Positions 1-64,000 of a stretch of 64,000 nt of DNA are shown one piece after another. Source of the DNA: Octopus bimaculoides (taxonomy: Eukaryota); contig NC_068982.1 of NCBI RefSeq assembly GCF_001194135.2, positions 130,016,510 through 130,080,509 on the forward strand, given 5' to 3'. Under the pieces are notes generated by a model. That model had not been told where the DNA came from, did no database searches, and worked only from the letters and a program-made list of their open reading frames with translations. Within the stretch, counting starts at the first letter, position 1, and each line of letters begins with the position of its first letter. The position numbers and the translations under genes were made by a program.

Positions 1-212
1 ATATATATACATACATATATACATACATATATATACATATGCATACATAAATACATACATACATACATACATTCGTATGTACTCTTATGTTTTACTTTCA
101 AAAGTAAAGCACTTTTCTGTTTGCTTATAAAGCAGAAACATAATTATTTCACGTCGTATCTTTTATAAAAATAGAGAGAAATAGCCAAAACTTTTCGTTC
201 AAGCCATCTATA

Positions 213-239
213 TTTAATATGTTGTGCAGGGGTTTTATT
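213..239 (-). promoter_or_regulatory. Candidate polyadenylation signals (AATAAA at 239-234, ATTAAA at 218-213)
   Basis: Hexamers lie about 250-280 nt after the stop codon on the gene's strand. Such hexamers are common in AT-rich DNA. Confidence 0.35.
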
Positions 240-489
240 TTGTACATCAAATACATGTACATAGTCATCATGGCAAACTTGTGGTGTTGATAAATGTATC
301 AATGTTGATAGTTTTCTATCAGGAACAGCCGAGTGCCAAGTTGCGAAGTGGATTTGTACAAGTTGCGAAGTGGATTTGACATCATTCAACTTCTGTATTG
401 CTTAATTTCGTCATGGGACGGCTGGTTGAAATGGGTTGATATAAGATGAGCACACGTCACTATCTTCAGAGTCTACTCTCATATCACAG

Positions 490-63803
<63,314 letters not shown>

Positions 63804-64000
63804 GCAACCCAAGTTTGTATGTAAACTTTGTTGAATGTAAACTGCTGGGTGCGACAAATGAAGGCATGAAGTGGAAGCGTGTGCACGTAACACAAGCTTT
63901 TCTCCGCCTCGTCAAACAGCAAAAAGGAAGAAAAAAAAGGAGAAAGAATGGGAAAACGTAACTTGTGTAGAAAGAGAGAGACTAAATATATGAATAAAAG

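Noticed and set aside
144-389. 81-aa minus-strand ORF, and a Cys-rich plus-strand frame (WQTCGVDKC...CTSCEVD) at ~265-403
   Set aside because: Both lie in the predicted 3' UTR; phase is incompatible with exon 8 and no domain is recognisable.

Overview
AT-rich, microsatellite-dense eukaryotic DNA from a gapped assembly. The SINE and LINE content matches what I recall from octopus genomes, so the taxon is an inference. Nearly the whole window is one minus-strand gene, which the ORF track misses because its exons are short. Nine coding exons (63803 to 490) have canonical AG/GT sites and fully compatible phases, and splice into a 948-nt, 315-aa ORF: MAMALIDRFSAKPLRYSTIFIVFIPLIVHSKLFRNG-NCKRSHQLSEHLYRNLEG-RHVCIEERRVSVPREHTETYYRPVYKRQVEVCEGFKLCSTLR-VVYKLAMRKVFRTEVQTKLINSCCPGWAQFDKNSRDCLKP-LCRTDCNNRGTCTGPDTCRCNTGWAGPTCETD-LDECSQEMHMCQQTCLNTLGSYECGCYEGFQVAKDKTSCEI-CLTCNEEYRDLQADVKNLTEKVIILEKEK-EEMYESMNVIQRDYKKTIALINDIKKRPTPSPTTVKTTLSSNGYYSAYDLRERVESLSEQIGILEEKLSTTC-SCQYN*. 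The architecture is signal peptide, EMI domain, EGF, calcium-binding EGF, coiled coil and a C-terminal SLSEQIxxLEExLxxCSC motif, which marks an EGFL7/EGFL8-family secreted protein. The introns (0.2-23.6 kb) hold many tRNA-derived SINEs, decayed R4/Dong-like, RTE and CR1/L2-group LINE fragments, Tc1/mariner remnants, Helentron-associated non-autonomous elements, and Penelope-like termini with minimal hammerhead-ribozyme-like motifs, including a ~320-bp foldback. I saw no rRNA, true tRNA or CRISPR. Repeat boundaries are approximate; exon boundaries were read base by base.
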